Assembly: GCA_046597055.1 (NCBI GenBank)
Contig: JBKJLC010000293.1
Coordinates: forward strand, 32,001 to 96,000
Origin: Kofleriaceae bacterium
Lineage (GTDB): Bacteria; Myxococcota_A; Polyangia; Haliangiales; Haliangiaceae
Direction of reading: 5' to 3'
DNA length: 64,000 bases
Shown here piece by piece: positions 50,441 through 60,536 of this stretch. The notes under the pieces were generated by a model. That model was not told the DNA's origin, ran no database searches, and was given only the letters and a program-made list of their open reading frames with translations. Made by a program: the position numbers and the translations under genes. The stretch's first letter is position 1. The number at the start of each line of letters is the position of its first letter.

Positions 50441-52314
50441 GAGCGCTGGGTCTCCTTGGTGACCCGGCGGCGCGGCGGCGGCCGGTCGCCGTCGGGACGC
50501 CGGTCGGGACCGCCGGCGTCGACCACGGTCGCGAGCTTCTGCTCGAGCTCGGAGATCCGCGCCTCGTTCTGGCTGACCTGGCCGCGCAGCCGCGCGGTCT
50601 CGCGCACGACCCCGCGCAGGTGCTCACCGGCCGGCGCGACCGAGCCGACCACCAGCGTCGCGATGCCCGAGCTCAGGCGCTGATAGGCAGCGGTGATCCG
50701 GCGCATCGCCGCCGCCTTGGCCGCGGGCGGCGCGGTCGCGGTGCGCACCGCCTCGACGTGCGCGCGCCGGGCATAGTCGAGCGCGTCGAACAGCGGGCTG
50801 ACCCCGGCCTCATCGAGCGTGCGCACGTCCCACAGCTCGCGGGCGGCCAGCACGACGTCCCCCGCGTCGCCGGCGGCCGCGGTCGCGACCCGGTGCGCGT
50901 GATCGACCGCGCGGGTGTAGAGCGCGCGATCGCCGGCGCCGCGCCCCGCCGTGGGCTGGGCCAGGGCCCGGCGGCGGGCCGCGTCGAGCAGGCCGCCGAC
51001 CTCGGGCGCCGGCACCTCGCCCGCGACGGCGGTCCCGCGCACGTACGGGATGGTCGCCGAGTCGTGGAACTTGCCGGTCTCGACCCGGCCGCTTGGATGA
51101 CGCTGCGACTGCTCGGCGTCGGCGCGGACCAGCTCGCCCTCGATGGTCCGCAGCCACTCGGCGAGCACGCCGCCGACCGCGGTCTCGGCGGTCACCAGCG
51201 CGCGCGCGACCGCGACCTCGACCAGCCCGGCCACGCCGCTGTCCTCGGCGCGCAGCTCGCCGATGACCTGATCGACCGCGCGCGCGAGGCCGTCGAGCAG
51301 ATCGCGCAGCGGCGGCCAGCCGCCGCCCTGCCCCAGCCAGCCGTGGGCGAGGTTCTCGGCGAAGGTCCACACGTTCACGCCGGTGACCTTCTCGAGGTCG
51401 TGGTAGACGGCGTCGGCGAAGTTGCCGGCGACGATCGCGATCGCCTCGTCGGGCGCGAGCACCGCGCACAGCGGCGACCGGTGGATGCCGGCGACCCGGC
51501 ACGCGGCGAGGAAACGATCGCGCCGCGCCCACCACGAGCCGGCGCCGGTGGTGCGCAGGACCATGGTCGCGCGTGGCACCGCGGCGACCCCGGCCTCGAT
51601 GACGATCGCGGTGACATTGTCGCCACCGCCGCCGCGCAGCCCCGCCTCGATCAGGTCGCGGACGACGTCCGCCGGCGGATCGGTCGACGCGACCAGGTGG
51701 TGCACCGAGTCGGCCGACGCATACCCGTAGAGGCCGTCGGAGCAAAGCATCAGGCGGTCGCCCGGTTGCAGCTCGACCTCGCTGACGTCGGGCTGCGCGG
51801 CCGGGCGAGCGCCGAGGTTGCGCGACAGCACGTTCTTGTAGGCGTGATGGTCGGCCTCGTGGGGCGCGATCGCGCCGCGCGCGACCAGCTCGGCGACGAT
51901 CGTGTGATCGTTGGTCAGGCGGTGCAGCCGGCCGTCGCGCAGCAGGTAGGCGCGGCTGTCGCCGACGTGCGCGATGGTCGCCCGCCGGCCGTCGAGCAGG
52001 CAGACCACCACGGTCGTGCCCATGCCCTTGCGCTCGCGCCGCTGCTGCGACTCGCCGTGGACCGCGGCCGACGCCGCGTTGATCGCCGCCTCGAGCAGCT
52101 GGCGCGCCGGCAGCGCGGTGCGGCGGGCCCGCACGTACTCGTGGATCACGTCGCGCGCCTTGTTGGACGCGACGTCGCCCGAGGCGGCTCCGCCCATGCC
52201 GTCGAGCACCGCGTAGAGGCCCCACTTCGGATCGACGATCAGCGCGTCTTCGTTGTTGTCGCGGACCGAGCCCTTGTGGCTGTCCCCGAACGACCGGACC
52301 GTGAGCGCGGTCAT
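50437..52314 (-). CDS. PP2C Ser/Thr phosphatase with helical C-terminal extension
   Basis: RDNNED, DGMGG, HVGDSRAY, CSDGL, GGGDNVT. Confidence 0.92.
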   Translation of the reverse strand: MTALTVRSFGDSHKGSVRDNNEDALIVDPKWGLYAVLDGMGGAASGDVASNKARDVIHEYVRARRTALPARQLLEAAINAASAAVHGESQQRRERKGMGTTVVVCLLDGRRATIAHVGDSRAYLLRDGRLHRLTNDHTIVAELVARGAIAPHEADHHAYKNVLSRNLGARPAAQPDVSEVELQPGDRLMLCSDGLYGYASADSVHHLVASTDPPADVVRDLIEAGLRGGGGDNVTAIVIEAGVAAVPRATMVLRTTGAGSWWARRDRFLAACRVAGIHRSPLCAVLAPDEAIAIVAGNFADAVYHDLEKVTGVNVWTFAENLAHGWLGQGGGWPPLRDLLDGLARAVDQVIGELRAEDSGVAGLVEVAVARALVTAETAVGGVLAEWLRTIEGELVRADAEQSQRHPSGRVETGKFHDSATIPYVRGTAVAGEVPAPEVGGLLDAARRRALAQPTAGRGAGDRALYTRAVDHAHRVATAAAGDAGDVVLAARELWDVRTLDEAGVSPLFDALDYARRAHVEAVRTATAPPAAKAAAMRRITAAYQRLSSGIATLVVGSVAPAGEHLRGVVRETARLRGQVSQNEARISELEQKLATVVDAGGPDRRPDGDRPPPRRRVTKETQRS

Positions 52315-52321
52315 CGGATCC

Positions 52322-52783
52322 TCACCGCCACGCCTCGGTCGCGCGCCGCTGCGCCGAGCGCTTGGCGACCTCGTCGGCGATCATCTCGTTGACCATGCGC
52401 GCGGTCACCCGGATCGCGCTCGTGATCGCGAGCACGACCGTCGGGTCGTCGGGGCGGTCGCGGCGGGCGACCTGGATGGCGACGTCCCCGATCGCGACCA
52501 GCACGCGCAGGGCATGGTCGGGCGCCAGCCCGTCGGCGCCGCGCAGCGCGATGAACGTCTGGACGAAGCCACGGTGCAGCGCGTGGTCCCCGGTGAGCAG
52601 CAGGGTACGAAGACCGAGGAGGACACCGTCGAACAGCGAGCGCGCCTCCTCGGCCGTGAGCCGCGCAAACGCGTGATCGAGGCTCGGACGTACCTCGAGA
52701 AGACGGCTCAGCACCGCTTGTCGCAGCCCCTCGAACGCGGCGACGTACGCGGGCACACCCGTCATGGGGAACGATGCTACCAA
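52322..52783 (-). CDS. Hypothetical helical protein
   Basis: Co-oriented directly upstream of the PP2C gene. Confidence 0.65.
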   Translation of the reverse strand: MVASFPMTGVPAYVAAFEGLRQAVLSRLLEVRPSLDHAFARLTAEEARSLFDGVLLGLRTLLLTGDHALHRGFVQTFIALRGADGLAPDHALRVLVAIGDVAIQVARRDRPDDPTVVLAITSAIRVTARMVNEMIADEVAKRSAQRRATEAWR

Positions 52784-52831
52784 GCCCCGCCGTCGCGTGA
52801 TAGCGTCGGCGAGGTCACAAGGGAGACGCCA

Positions 52832-53650
52832 GTGAAGGGGGGGAAGATCCTAGTCATCGACGATGAGCCCATGGTCCGCGAGGCCGTGGGTCGGGTCCTT
52901 GTCGGCGAGGGTTACGCGGTGGCGTTTGCCCACGACGGTAATGACGCCATCGGCAAGCTACGCGCCGACCGGCCCGACGCGATCCTCCTCGACCTCATGA
53001 TGCCGGGGATGAACGGGCGGCAGTTTCTGTCCGCCCTGCGCTCGGACCTCGGCCTGGATCTGCCGGTGGTCGTGATGACCGCCGTCCACGGCCTCGGCCA
53101 GCGCGCCATCACGCTGGGCGCGACCGACGTGGTCGAGAAGCCGTTCGACGTCGACGAGCTGCTCAACAAGGTCGCCCTCGCGGTGTTCCGGAGCCGCCAG
53201 TCCGAGCCACCAGCGACGCCCACCGACGCCTCGCTGGGCATCAGCGAGACTCCGGTCGGCGAGATCCGCATCATCGTCGTGATCGATCACGACCTGGGCG
53301 CGCTCGGCCGGCTCGACGCGCTGCTGAGCGGGGCCGGCTACACGGTGGTCGCCGTGCCGCGCATCACGGATCAGCTGCCCCGGCTGCTGCGCGCGCTGGC
53401 GCCCACCGCGATCCTCCTCGGGGTCGACGCCACCAACGACGGCGGCGCCGCGCTGACCGCGACCATCCGGGCCACCTCCGGGCTGCACGACGTCCCGCTG
53501 CTCGCCTTCACCCGGGCCGGCGACGCTCGCGCCGCGGTGGCCACGCACGTGGTCTCGACCGCGGCGGTCACGCTGGCGCGGCCCGGCGACGACGATCTGC
53601 TCCGGACCGTCGACCTGATGAGCAACCGGCGTCCGCGTCCGAAGGCGTGA
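52832..53650 (+). CDS. Response regulator (receiver plus degenerate receiver)
   Basis: ILVIDDE, LLDLMMPGMNG, KPF. Confidence 0.88.
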   Translation: MKGGKILVIDDEPMVREAVGRVLVGEGYAVAFAHDGNDAIGKLRADRPDAILLDLMMPGMNGRQFLSALRSDLGLDLPVVVMTAVHGLGQRAITLGATDVVEKPFDVDELLNKVALAVFRSRQSEPPATPTDASLGISETPVGEIRIIVVIDHDLGALGRLDALLSGAGYTVVAVPRITDQLPRLLRALAPTAILLGVDATNDGGAALTATIRATSGLHDVPLLAFTRAGDARAAVATHVVSTAAVTLARPGDDDLLRTVDLMSNRRPRPKA

Positions 53651-53731
53651 CGCCGATCGACGCGCCCGCGCCCGGCGCGAAGACGAGCGCGGCGGGCACC
53701 GGCGGCACCGCGGGGTGGTAAAATCAGCGGG

Positions 53732-55039
53732 ATGTTCGATCCCGCCGTGTTCGCTGCGCGACGCAAGGCTTACATGGAGGCGCTCGGCCCCGACGCCGTC
53801 GCGATCGTCTCCTCGCTGCCGGAGCGGCTGCGCAACGGCGACGCGCACTATCCGTTCCGGCAGCACTCCGACGTGCTGTACCTGACCGGGTTCGCCGAGC
53901 CCGACGCCACCGTGGTGTTGCGCCCCGGCGCCGAGACCGACCGCGTGACCATGTTCGTGCGGCCGCGCGATCCGGAGATGGAGACGTGGGATGGCCGCCG
54001 GGCCGGGCTCGAGGGTGCCCGCGAGCGCTACGGGGCCGATGCCGCCTATCCCGCGGCCGAGCTGGCCCAGCGCCTGCCTGACCTGATCGCCAACTGCGAG
54101 GAGCTCCACTACCCGCTCGGGCTGCGCGAGGATCTCGACTTGCTGGTCGCAGCCATTCTGGGTCGCCTGCGTCGGAGCGAGAAGCGCGGCAAGCGGCCGC
54201 CGCGCGCGGTGGTCGATCCGCGGGCGGCGCTGCACGAGCTGCGCCTGCACAAGGGCCCCGAGGAGGTCGTCGCGCTGCGCAAGGCGTCCGCGATCACCAG
54301 CGACGCGCACATCGCCGCCATGCGCGCGGGCCGGCCCGGGACCTTCGAGTACGAGCTCGAGGCGTCGATCGACTTCACGTTCCGCAGCCGCGGCGGCAAG
54401 GGTCCCGGCTACACGACGATCGTCGGCGCCGGCGAGAACGCGACCATCCTCCACTACGTCGAGAACAGCTGCGCCATCGCCGACGGCGACCTGGTGCTGG
54501 TCGATGCCGGCTGCGAGTACGGCTGGTACACCGCCGACATCACGCGGACGTGGCCGGCCTCGGGCCGCTTCACCGCCGCGCAGCGCCGGATCTACGACCT
54601 CGTCCTCACCGTGCAGAAGGCGGCGATCGCGATGATCCGGCCGGGCGTGACGCTCGACGACCTCCACCAGCACTGCGTCAAGCGGCTGACCGCCGGCATG
54701 GTCGAGCTCGGCCTCCTGACCGGTCCGGCCGAGGCGCGGGTCGAGGACCTCTCGTACAAGAAGTTCTACATGCACGGCACGTCGCACTGGCTCGGCCTCG
54801 ACGTCCACGACGTGGGGGCGTACACGCGGGGCGGCAAGGCGCGCCCGCTCGCGCCCGGCATGGTGATCACGATCGAGCCGGGGCTCTACATCGCCGCCGA
54901 CGCGCCCGACGTGCCGGCCGAGCTACGCGGCATCGGGGTGCGCATCGAGGATGACGTGCTGGTGACCAGCGACGGGCACGAGGTGCTCACCGCCGCGTGC
55001 CCGAAAGAGATCGCCGACGTCGAAGCGCTGTGCCGGTAG
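53732..55039 (+). CDS. pepP: Xaa-Pro aminopeptidase
   Basis: FRQHSDVLYLTG, DAG, DITRT, HWLGLDVHD, EPGLY, GVRIEDD. Confidence 0.95.
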   Translation: MFDPAVFAARRKAYMEALGPDAVAIVSSLPERLRNGDAHYPFRQHSDVLYLTGFAEPDATVVLRPGAETDRVTMFVRPRDPEMETWDGRRAGLEGARERYGADAAYPAAELAQRLPDLIANCEELHYPLGLREDLDLLVAAILGRLRRSEKRGKRPPRAVVDPRAALHELRLHKGPEEVVALRKASAITSDAHIAAMRAGRPGTFEYELEASIDFTFRSRGGKGPGYTTIVGAGENATILHYVENSCAIADGDLVLVDAGCEYGWYTADITRTWPASGRFTAAQRRIYDLVLTVQKAAIAMIRPGVTLDDLHQHCVKRLTAGMVELGLLTGPAEARVEDLSYKKFYMHGTSHWLGLDVHDVGAYTRGGKARPLAPGMVITIEPGLYIAADAPDVPAELRGIGVRIEDDVLVTSDGHEVLTAACPKEIADVEALCR

Positions 55040-55180
55040 CCGTCACTCGTCGCGCAGCCAGTGGCCGTTCTGGTCGTACCCGCGGTAGCGCGGGTTCCGG
55101 CCGGTCGGCCACTTCCGCATGAGTGAGACGCCCGGTCACCAGCCTGCATCCTGGCACGACCGCGGGTATCGTGGCGGCAC

Positions 55181-55933
55181 ATGCCCGCGCGCCTGGTCAC
55201 GATCCCGTTCTCCCACTATTGCGAGAAGGCCCGGTGGGCGCTCGAACGCGCCGGCGTCGAGTTCATCGAGGACGCGCACCTGCCGATCTTCTCGTACCTG
55301 CCGCTGATCCGCCGGCGCGCGCGGCGCACGGTGCCGGCGCTGATCACCGCCGACGGCGCGGTGCTACCCGACTCGACCGACATCCTGCGCTGGTGCGATC
55401 AGCACGGGACCGGGCCCGCGCTCTATCCGCCCGAGCACCCGGACGCGGCGTCGCTCGAGGACGACTTCGATCGCAAGCTCGGTCCGGCGACCCGGCGCGT
55501 CGCCTACTTTCACCTGCTCGCCAGCAAGGCGGCCCTGACCGAGGTCATGAGCAAGAACGTCCCGTCCTGGGAGCGCAAGGTCGGGCCGATGGTGCGGCCG
55601 CTCGCGGCCTCGATGATCCGCCGCGGGCTCAAGATCGACGCCGCCGGGGCCGAGCGGTCGCGCGCGACGATCGACGACCTGTTCGCGCGGGTCGCCGAAC
55701 GGCTCGCCGACGGCCGCCGCTACCTGTGTGGCGATCGCTTCACCGCCGCCGACCTCACCTTCGCCGCGCTGGCGACCCCGTTGATCGCGCCCGACGCCTT
55801 CGCGGCTCGCTACCTGCCGTCCATCGAGCACACCCCGCCGGCGTTCATCGCCGTACGCGATCACTATCGCGCCACGCCGGCCGGCCAGCTGGTCGAGCGC
55901 CTCTACCAGCACGACCGCACCGCCCGCGCCTGA
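55181..55933 (+). CDS. Glutathione S-transferase family protein
   Basis: SHYCEKARWAL, TVP, DSTDI, FTAADLTFAA. Confidence 0.9.
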   Translation: MPARLVTIPFSHYCEKARWALERAGVEFIEDAHLPIFSYLPLIRRRARRTVPALITADGAVLPDSTDILRWCDQHGTGPALYPPEHPDAASLEDDFDRKLGPATRRVAYFHLLASKAALTEVMSKNVPSWERKVGPMVRPLAASMIRRGLKIDAAGAERSRATIDDLFARVAERLADGRRYLCGDRFTAADLTFAALATPLIAPDAFAARYLPSIEHTPPAFIAVRDHYRATPAGQLVERLYQHDRTARA

Positions 55934-56197
55934 CGCCCCGAGCCGAGCGACGCGAGGCGGCTCTGGGGGCCGGACTCGCCACGCGCAACCCGCGCCGAGC
56001 ACTCGGGTTCACCCCCGCCGGTCGCTGGGGGCAGAGTCTCCAGACACCCGGTCGCGCTACCCAGCTACGGGTCGGAATTACCTGATCGAACTGAGGTTTT
56101 CCCCAGGTAACCAGACGCAATCGCTCGCAAGAAGTGACCCTGAGGTGCCGAGCCCCCACCGGCAGCGGGTGGCACGAGTCGTGATGTATGTCCCGAC

Positions 56198-57490
56198 ATG
56201 CGCACCCTCCGCTCCTGGATCGCCGGCCTGTTCCTCGCCGTCCCCGCGGCCGCCGGCGCCGCTCCCCTGAGTCAGCTGCCGGCCGCCCAGCCCGCGCCGG
56301 CGACCCTGGGCTGGATCGGTGATCCCGGAGCCCTGGGCCCGCGCACGCTGATGCAGGTCATCCCGCCGGTCGAGCAGATCCCGGCGGTCGGCACCACCAC
56401 CGTCGTCTACATGAACCGCCGCGGCGCGACCCTGTCGCCGGGCACCAACGACTCGCGCATCAACCGCTCGACGATCGTCCAGACCGCCGCGCAGATCCCC
56501 GCCTTCGAGGGTACCGACGCGGAGTGGGCGAAGATCATGTCGTGCACGCGGACGATCTTCGCGCCGTTCGACATTCGGATCACCGACGTCGATCCCGGCA
56601 ACGTGCCCCACGTCGAGTCGATCATGGGCGGCACCGCCCAGCAGGCCGGCATGCAGCAGGGCGTGCTCGGCGTGTCGCCGTTCACGGTCGACTGCCAGGT
56701 GATCCCCAACGCCATCGTCTACACGTTCACCCAGTCGACCCGCGCCGCGTACGGCACCACGGCTGGCCTGCCCGAGGAGATGTGCGAGATCGCCGCCCAG
56801 GAGATCGCCCACGCGTTCGGCCTCGATCACCAGCTGCTCGCGTCGGACCCGATGACGTACCTGCAGTACAACGGCCTCAAGACGTTCCAGAACGTCGAGG
56901 CCTCGTGCGGCGAGTCGGTCGCGCGCACGTGCGGGCTGCCCGGCACCGGCGTGGTGTGCGCGCAGAAGCAGAACTCGGTCGCGCTGTTGACCCAGCGCAT
57001 CGGGCTCGGCGACGCGATCGCCCCGACCGTCGCGATCAGCTCGCCCGAGGACGGCGCGACCGTGCCGCTGGCGTTCACGCTGAACGCCAACGCGACCGAC
57101 AACGCCGCCATCAGCAAGGTCGAGCTGTACGTCGACGGCCAGCTCGCCGACACCAAGACCGCGGCGCCCTACACCTTCGCGGTCGCCAACCTGATCGCCG
57201 GGGGCCACGTCCTCGAGGTGAAGGCGTACGACGCCAGGAACGTGGCGCAGACGACCATCAGCGTCACCGCCCGCAGCGGCGCGCCCCAGCCGACCCCCGA
57301 CCCGGCGCCCGGCACCGGCCCGGGCAATGGCACCGGTCCCGGCAATGGCACCGGCGAGGACGCCGACGGCGACGGCACCGCCGACACCGTCACCGGCGGC
57401 TGCTCGACCGGCAACAGCGCCCCCGGCGGCGCCCTGCTGGTGCTCGGCCTCGGCGCCGCGGTGGCCCTCCGCCGCCGCCGTCGGGCCTGA
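56198..57490 (+). CDS. Secreted metallopeptidase-like + Ig-like protein with MYXO-CTERM anchor
   Basis: QEIAHAFGLDH...DPM; KVELYVDG; GGCS...LLVLGLGAAVALRRRRR. Confidence 0.82.
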   Translation: MRTLRSWIAGLFLAVPAAAGAAPLSQLPAAQPAPATLGWIGDPGALGPRTLMQVIPPVEQIPAVGTTTVVYMNRRGATLSPGTNDSRINRSTIVQTAAQIPAFEGTDAEWAKIMSCTRTIFAPFDIRITDVDPGNVPHVESIMGGTAQQAGMQQGVLGVSPFTVDCQVIPNAIVYTFTQSTRAAYGTTAGLPEEMCEIAAQEIAHAFGLDHQLLASDPMTYLQYNGLKTFQNVEASCGESVARTCGLPGTGVVCAQKQNSVALLTQRIGLGDAIAPTVAISSPEDGATVPLAFTLNANATDNAAISKVELYVDGQLADTKTAAPYTFAVANLIAGGHVLEVKAYDARNVAQTTISVTARSGAPQPTPDPAPGTGPGNGTGPGNGTGEDADGDGTADTVTGGCSTGNSAPGGALLVLGLGAAVALRRRRRA

Positions 57491-57581
57491 CACCAGGCCC
57501 GGGCTTGGCGGCCTCGGCCGCCTGCGCCGCGCAGCATGACCAGGGACACCGGGATCCGCCCCGTGCTAAGCCCAGGACCCG

Positions 57582-57878
57582 ATGCCTCTCACCGGCAAAC
57601 AACGCCGCCACCTCCGCGCCCTCGGCCACGCGCTCACGCCGCTCGTCCACCTCGGCAAGGGCGGCCTGTCGCCGGCGCTGGTCGCTCAGGTCGACCAGGC
57701 GCTGACCGACCACGAGCTCATCAAGATCAAGATGCTCGACGCCGCCGATGTCGACCGCCACGTCGCCGCCGACGAGCTGGCGAGCCAGACCCACAGTCAG
57801 GTCGCCCAGGTGCTGGGCTTCACGATCTTGCTGTACCGGCCCGATCCCGACGAGCCGCGCATCACGCTGCCCCGCTGA
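57582..57878 (+). CDS. yhbY: CRM-domain RNA-binding protein
   Basis: LTGKQRRHLRALGH, GKGG, HELIKIK, LYRP. Confidence 0.93.
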   Translation: MPLTGKQRRHLRALGHALTPLVHLGKGGLSPALVAQVDQALTDHELIKIKMLDAADVDRHVAADELASQTHSQVAQVLGFTILLYRPDPDEPRITLPR

Positions 57879-57952
57879 GCCGAGCGAAGCGCTGGGTCCG
57901 TACCGGTCGGGCGCGACGCCCAGCCGCGGCCGAAGGACCAGCCCCGCGTGAC

Positions 57953-57981
57953 CCGTCACGACGTCGTCACGACCCCGTCAC
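57953..57981 (+). promoter_or_regulatory. Pho box (three 11-bp-period repeats)
   Basis: CCGTCAC-GACG-TCGTCAC-GACC-CCGTCAC just upstream of phoB. Confidence 0.75.
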
Positions 57982-58004
57982 CGTTCGCATGGTACCCAGA
58001 TCCC

Positions 58005-58709
58005 ATGCCTGGGTTGTGCCTCATCATCGAGGACGAGGTCGACCTCGCCGCCACGCTCGAGTACAACCTCGTCCGCGAGGGTTACCAGGTCCGGGTGGCC
58101 CACACGGGCACCGCCGGACTCGACGCCGCCCAGACCGAGCCGATCCCCGACGTGGTGATCCTCGATCTGATGTTGCCCGACCTGTCGGGCACCGAGGTCT
58201 GCCGCCGGCTACGGGAGCACGAGCGCACCCGGGACGTCCCGGTCGTGATGTGCACCGCCAAGGGCAGCGAGATCGATCGGGTGGTCGGGTTCGAGGTCGG
58301 CGCCGACGATTACGTGGTGAAGCCGTACAGCCCGCGCGAGGTGGTGCTCCGCATCCGCGCCATCCTGCGCCGCGCCCACAAGAGCGAGGCCGAGCCCGAG
58401 ACGCTGCGGTTCGGCCGGCTCCGGGTCGATCGCGAGGCGCACCGGGCCTGGGTCGACGAGGACGAGATCGTCCTGACCGCGCTCGAGTTCCGGCTGCTCC
58501 ACGCGTTCCTGTCGCGCAAGGGCCGGGTCCAGACCCGCGACGCGCTGCTCAGCGACGTCTGGGGCATCGACGCCGAGGTCACCACCCGGACCGTCGACAC
58601 CCACGTCAAGCGGCTGCGCGAGAAGCTCGGCGACGCCGGCCAGTACATCGAGACGCTGCGCGGAGTCGGCTACCGCTTCCGCGACCAGCCCGATGACGAC
58701 GAGGGCTGA
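58005..58709 (+). CDS. phoB: PhoB-like response regulator
   Basis: LDLMLP, GADDYVVKP, RTVDTHVKRLREKL, RGVGY; pst context. Confidence 0.88.
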   Translation: MPGLCLIIEDEVDLAATLEYNLVREGYQVRVAHTGTAGLDAAQTEPIPDVVILDLMLPDLSGTEVCRRLREHERTRDVPVVMCTAKGSEIDRVVGFEVGADDYVVKPYSPREVVLRIRAILRRAHKSEAEPETLRFGRLRVDREAHRAWVDEDEIVLTALEFRLLHAFLSRKGRVQTRDALLSDVWGIDAEVTTRTVDTHVKRLREKLGDAGQYIETLRGVGYRFRDQPDDDEG

Positions 58710-58751
58710 CCGGCGGGCGCCGGTCCGCTGGCGTATGGTCCGGGCCCGCGC

Positions 58752-60467
58752 ATGAACCTCGGGATCGGCTCCAAGCTCTTCCTGGCCTCGGTCGGGATCA
58801 TCGTCGTCGTCGAGGCCAGCGCCGCGGTGGTGCTGCGCGCCGAGGTGCGGTCGACGCTCGAGGATCGGGCCGAGGCCGAGCTGGTGATCATCGCCGACAC
58901 CGCCCGGATCGTCCTCGAGTCGGTGCCCGACTTCGCCGGGCCCGGCGGCCACGAGCTGGCCCGCAACATCGGCGCCACCACCCACACCGACGTCGACGTG
59001 TTCGACGCGAACGGCGAGGTGCTCGCCAGCTCGAGCCCCGGCGAGTCGGGCGACGTGCTCGGGTTGCCCGAGATCCGCGACGCGCTCGATCCGACCCGGG
59101 CCCACGGCGTCGCCCGCCGGGGCGAACGCATCCTGGTCGCGCGGCCGTTCCGGCGCGGCGACGGGCTGGGGGTGGTCCGGGTGGCGTCGACCACCGTCGA
59201 GCTCTCGCGCGCGTACCGGCGGCTGTGGGGCGCGCTGTCGCTCGGCGCCGCCGTCGGCCTCCTGGTCGCGGTCGGCATGACCCTGACCGCGACCACGCTG
59301 ATCCGGCGGTCGCTGCAGCGCCTGGCCGGCTCGGCGGCCGAGGTCGCGGCCGGCGGCTCCGGGCGGATCCTGGTCGAGGCCAACCACGAGATCGGCCAGG
59401 TCGGCGACTTCATCAACCGCATGGCCGACGACGCCCGCCGCACGGTGTCGGCGCTGCAGCTGGAGCGCGGGCTCCTCGGCTCGGTGCTGGACGCGATGAC
59501 CCAGGGCGTGATCGCCGTCGACGGCGAGCGGCGGATGACCCTCATCAACCCGTCGGCGCGCACGATCCTCGACCTGCCCGGGGTCCCGCTCGGCGAGGCC
59601 TTCATCGATCAGGTCCGGATCCCGGGCGCGGTCGCGCTGGTCGAGCGGGCGCTGGCCGGCGACGGCCCCGACAGCGCCGAGTTCACCACCCCGGCCGGGG
59701 TCCGGGTGCTGGCCCGGGTCTCGCCGCAGCGCTCGGGCTCGGGCTGCATCCTGGTCCTCGACGACGTCACCGCGATCCGGCGGCTCGAGACGATCCGGCG
59801 CGACTTCGTCGCCAACGTCTCGCACGAGCTGCGCACGCCGGTCAGCGTGATCCGCGCCAACGCCGAGACGCTGATGTCGGGCGCGAAGGACGATCCCCGG
59901 TTCGCCGACCGCCTGATGGAGGGCCTGCACCGCAACTCCGAGCGGCTGGCCCGCATCATCACCGACCTGCTGGACCTGTCGCGGATCGAGGCCGGCCAGG
60001 TCGCGGTCGAGGCCGAGCCGGTCGGGGTCGCGGCGGCCGCCCAGCAGGCGCGCACCGCGATCGAAGCGCAGGCCGCCGCGCGTCCGGTGGTGGTCGCGAT
60101 CGAGGTCGACGACGCCATGGTGGTACGCGCCGATGCCAAGGCGCTCGATCAGGTGCTGGTCAACCTGCTCGAGAACGCGGTGAAGTACACCGGCGCCGGT
60201 GGCCACGTGTGGGTGCGCGCCCGCCGCCGCGGTGAGCTGGTCCGCATCGAGGTCGCCGACGACGGCCCCGGGATCGCGGCCCACCACCGCGAGCGCGTGT
60301 TCGAGCGGTTCTATCGGGTCGACGCCGGCCGCTCGCGCGAGCTGGGCGGCACCGGCCTCGGGCTGTCGATCGTCAAGCACCTGGTCGAGACGCTCGGCGG
60401 CCAGGTCGGCGTCGACGGCAACGAGCCATCGGGCTCGGTGTTCTGGGTCGAGCTGCCCGCGGCCTGA
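58752..60467 (+). CDS. phoR: PhoR-like sensor kinase
   Basis: RRDFVANVSHELRTP, FERFYRVD..RSR..GGTGLGL. Confidence 0.88.
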   Translation: MNLGIGSKLFLASVGIIVVVEASAAVVLRAEVRSTLEDRAEAELVIIADTARIVLESVPDFAGPGGHELARNIGATTHTDVDVFDANGEVLASSSPGESGDVLGLPEIRDALDPTRAHGVARRGERILVARPFRRGDGLGVVRVASTTVELSRAYRRLWGALSLGAAVGLLVAVGMTLTATTLIRRSLQRLAGSAAEVAAGGSGRILVEANHEIGQVGDFINRMADDARRTVSALQLERGLLGSVLDAMTQGVIAVDGERRMTLINPSARTILDLPGVPLGEAFIDQVRIPGAVALVERALAGDGPDSAEFTTPAGVRVLARVSPQRSGSGCILVLDDVTAIRRLETIRRDFVANVSHELRTPVSVIRANAETLMSGAKDDPRFADRLMEGLHRNSERLARIITDLLDLSRIEAGQVAVEAEPVGVAAAAQQARTAIEAQAAARPVVVAIEVDDAMVVRADAKALDQVLVNLLENAVKYTGAGGHVWVRARRRGELVRIEVADDGPGIAAHHRERVFERFYRVDAGRSRELGGTGLGLSIVKHLVETLGGQVGVDGNEPSGSVFWVELPAA

Positions 60468-60536
60468 GGTTCGATCGCGCGCGCGGGCCGCCACCCGCTC
60501 GGTCGCCAGCACTGCTACGGTCGCCGCGGAGGCACC

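Noticed and set aside
56170..56185. Sigma54 promoter before the MYXO-CTERM gene
   Set aside because: TGGCACG is present but the -12 position reads GA rather than GC
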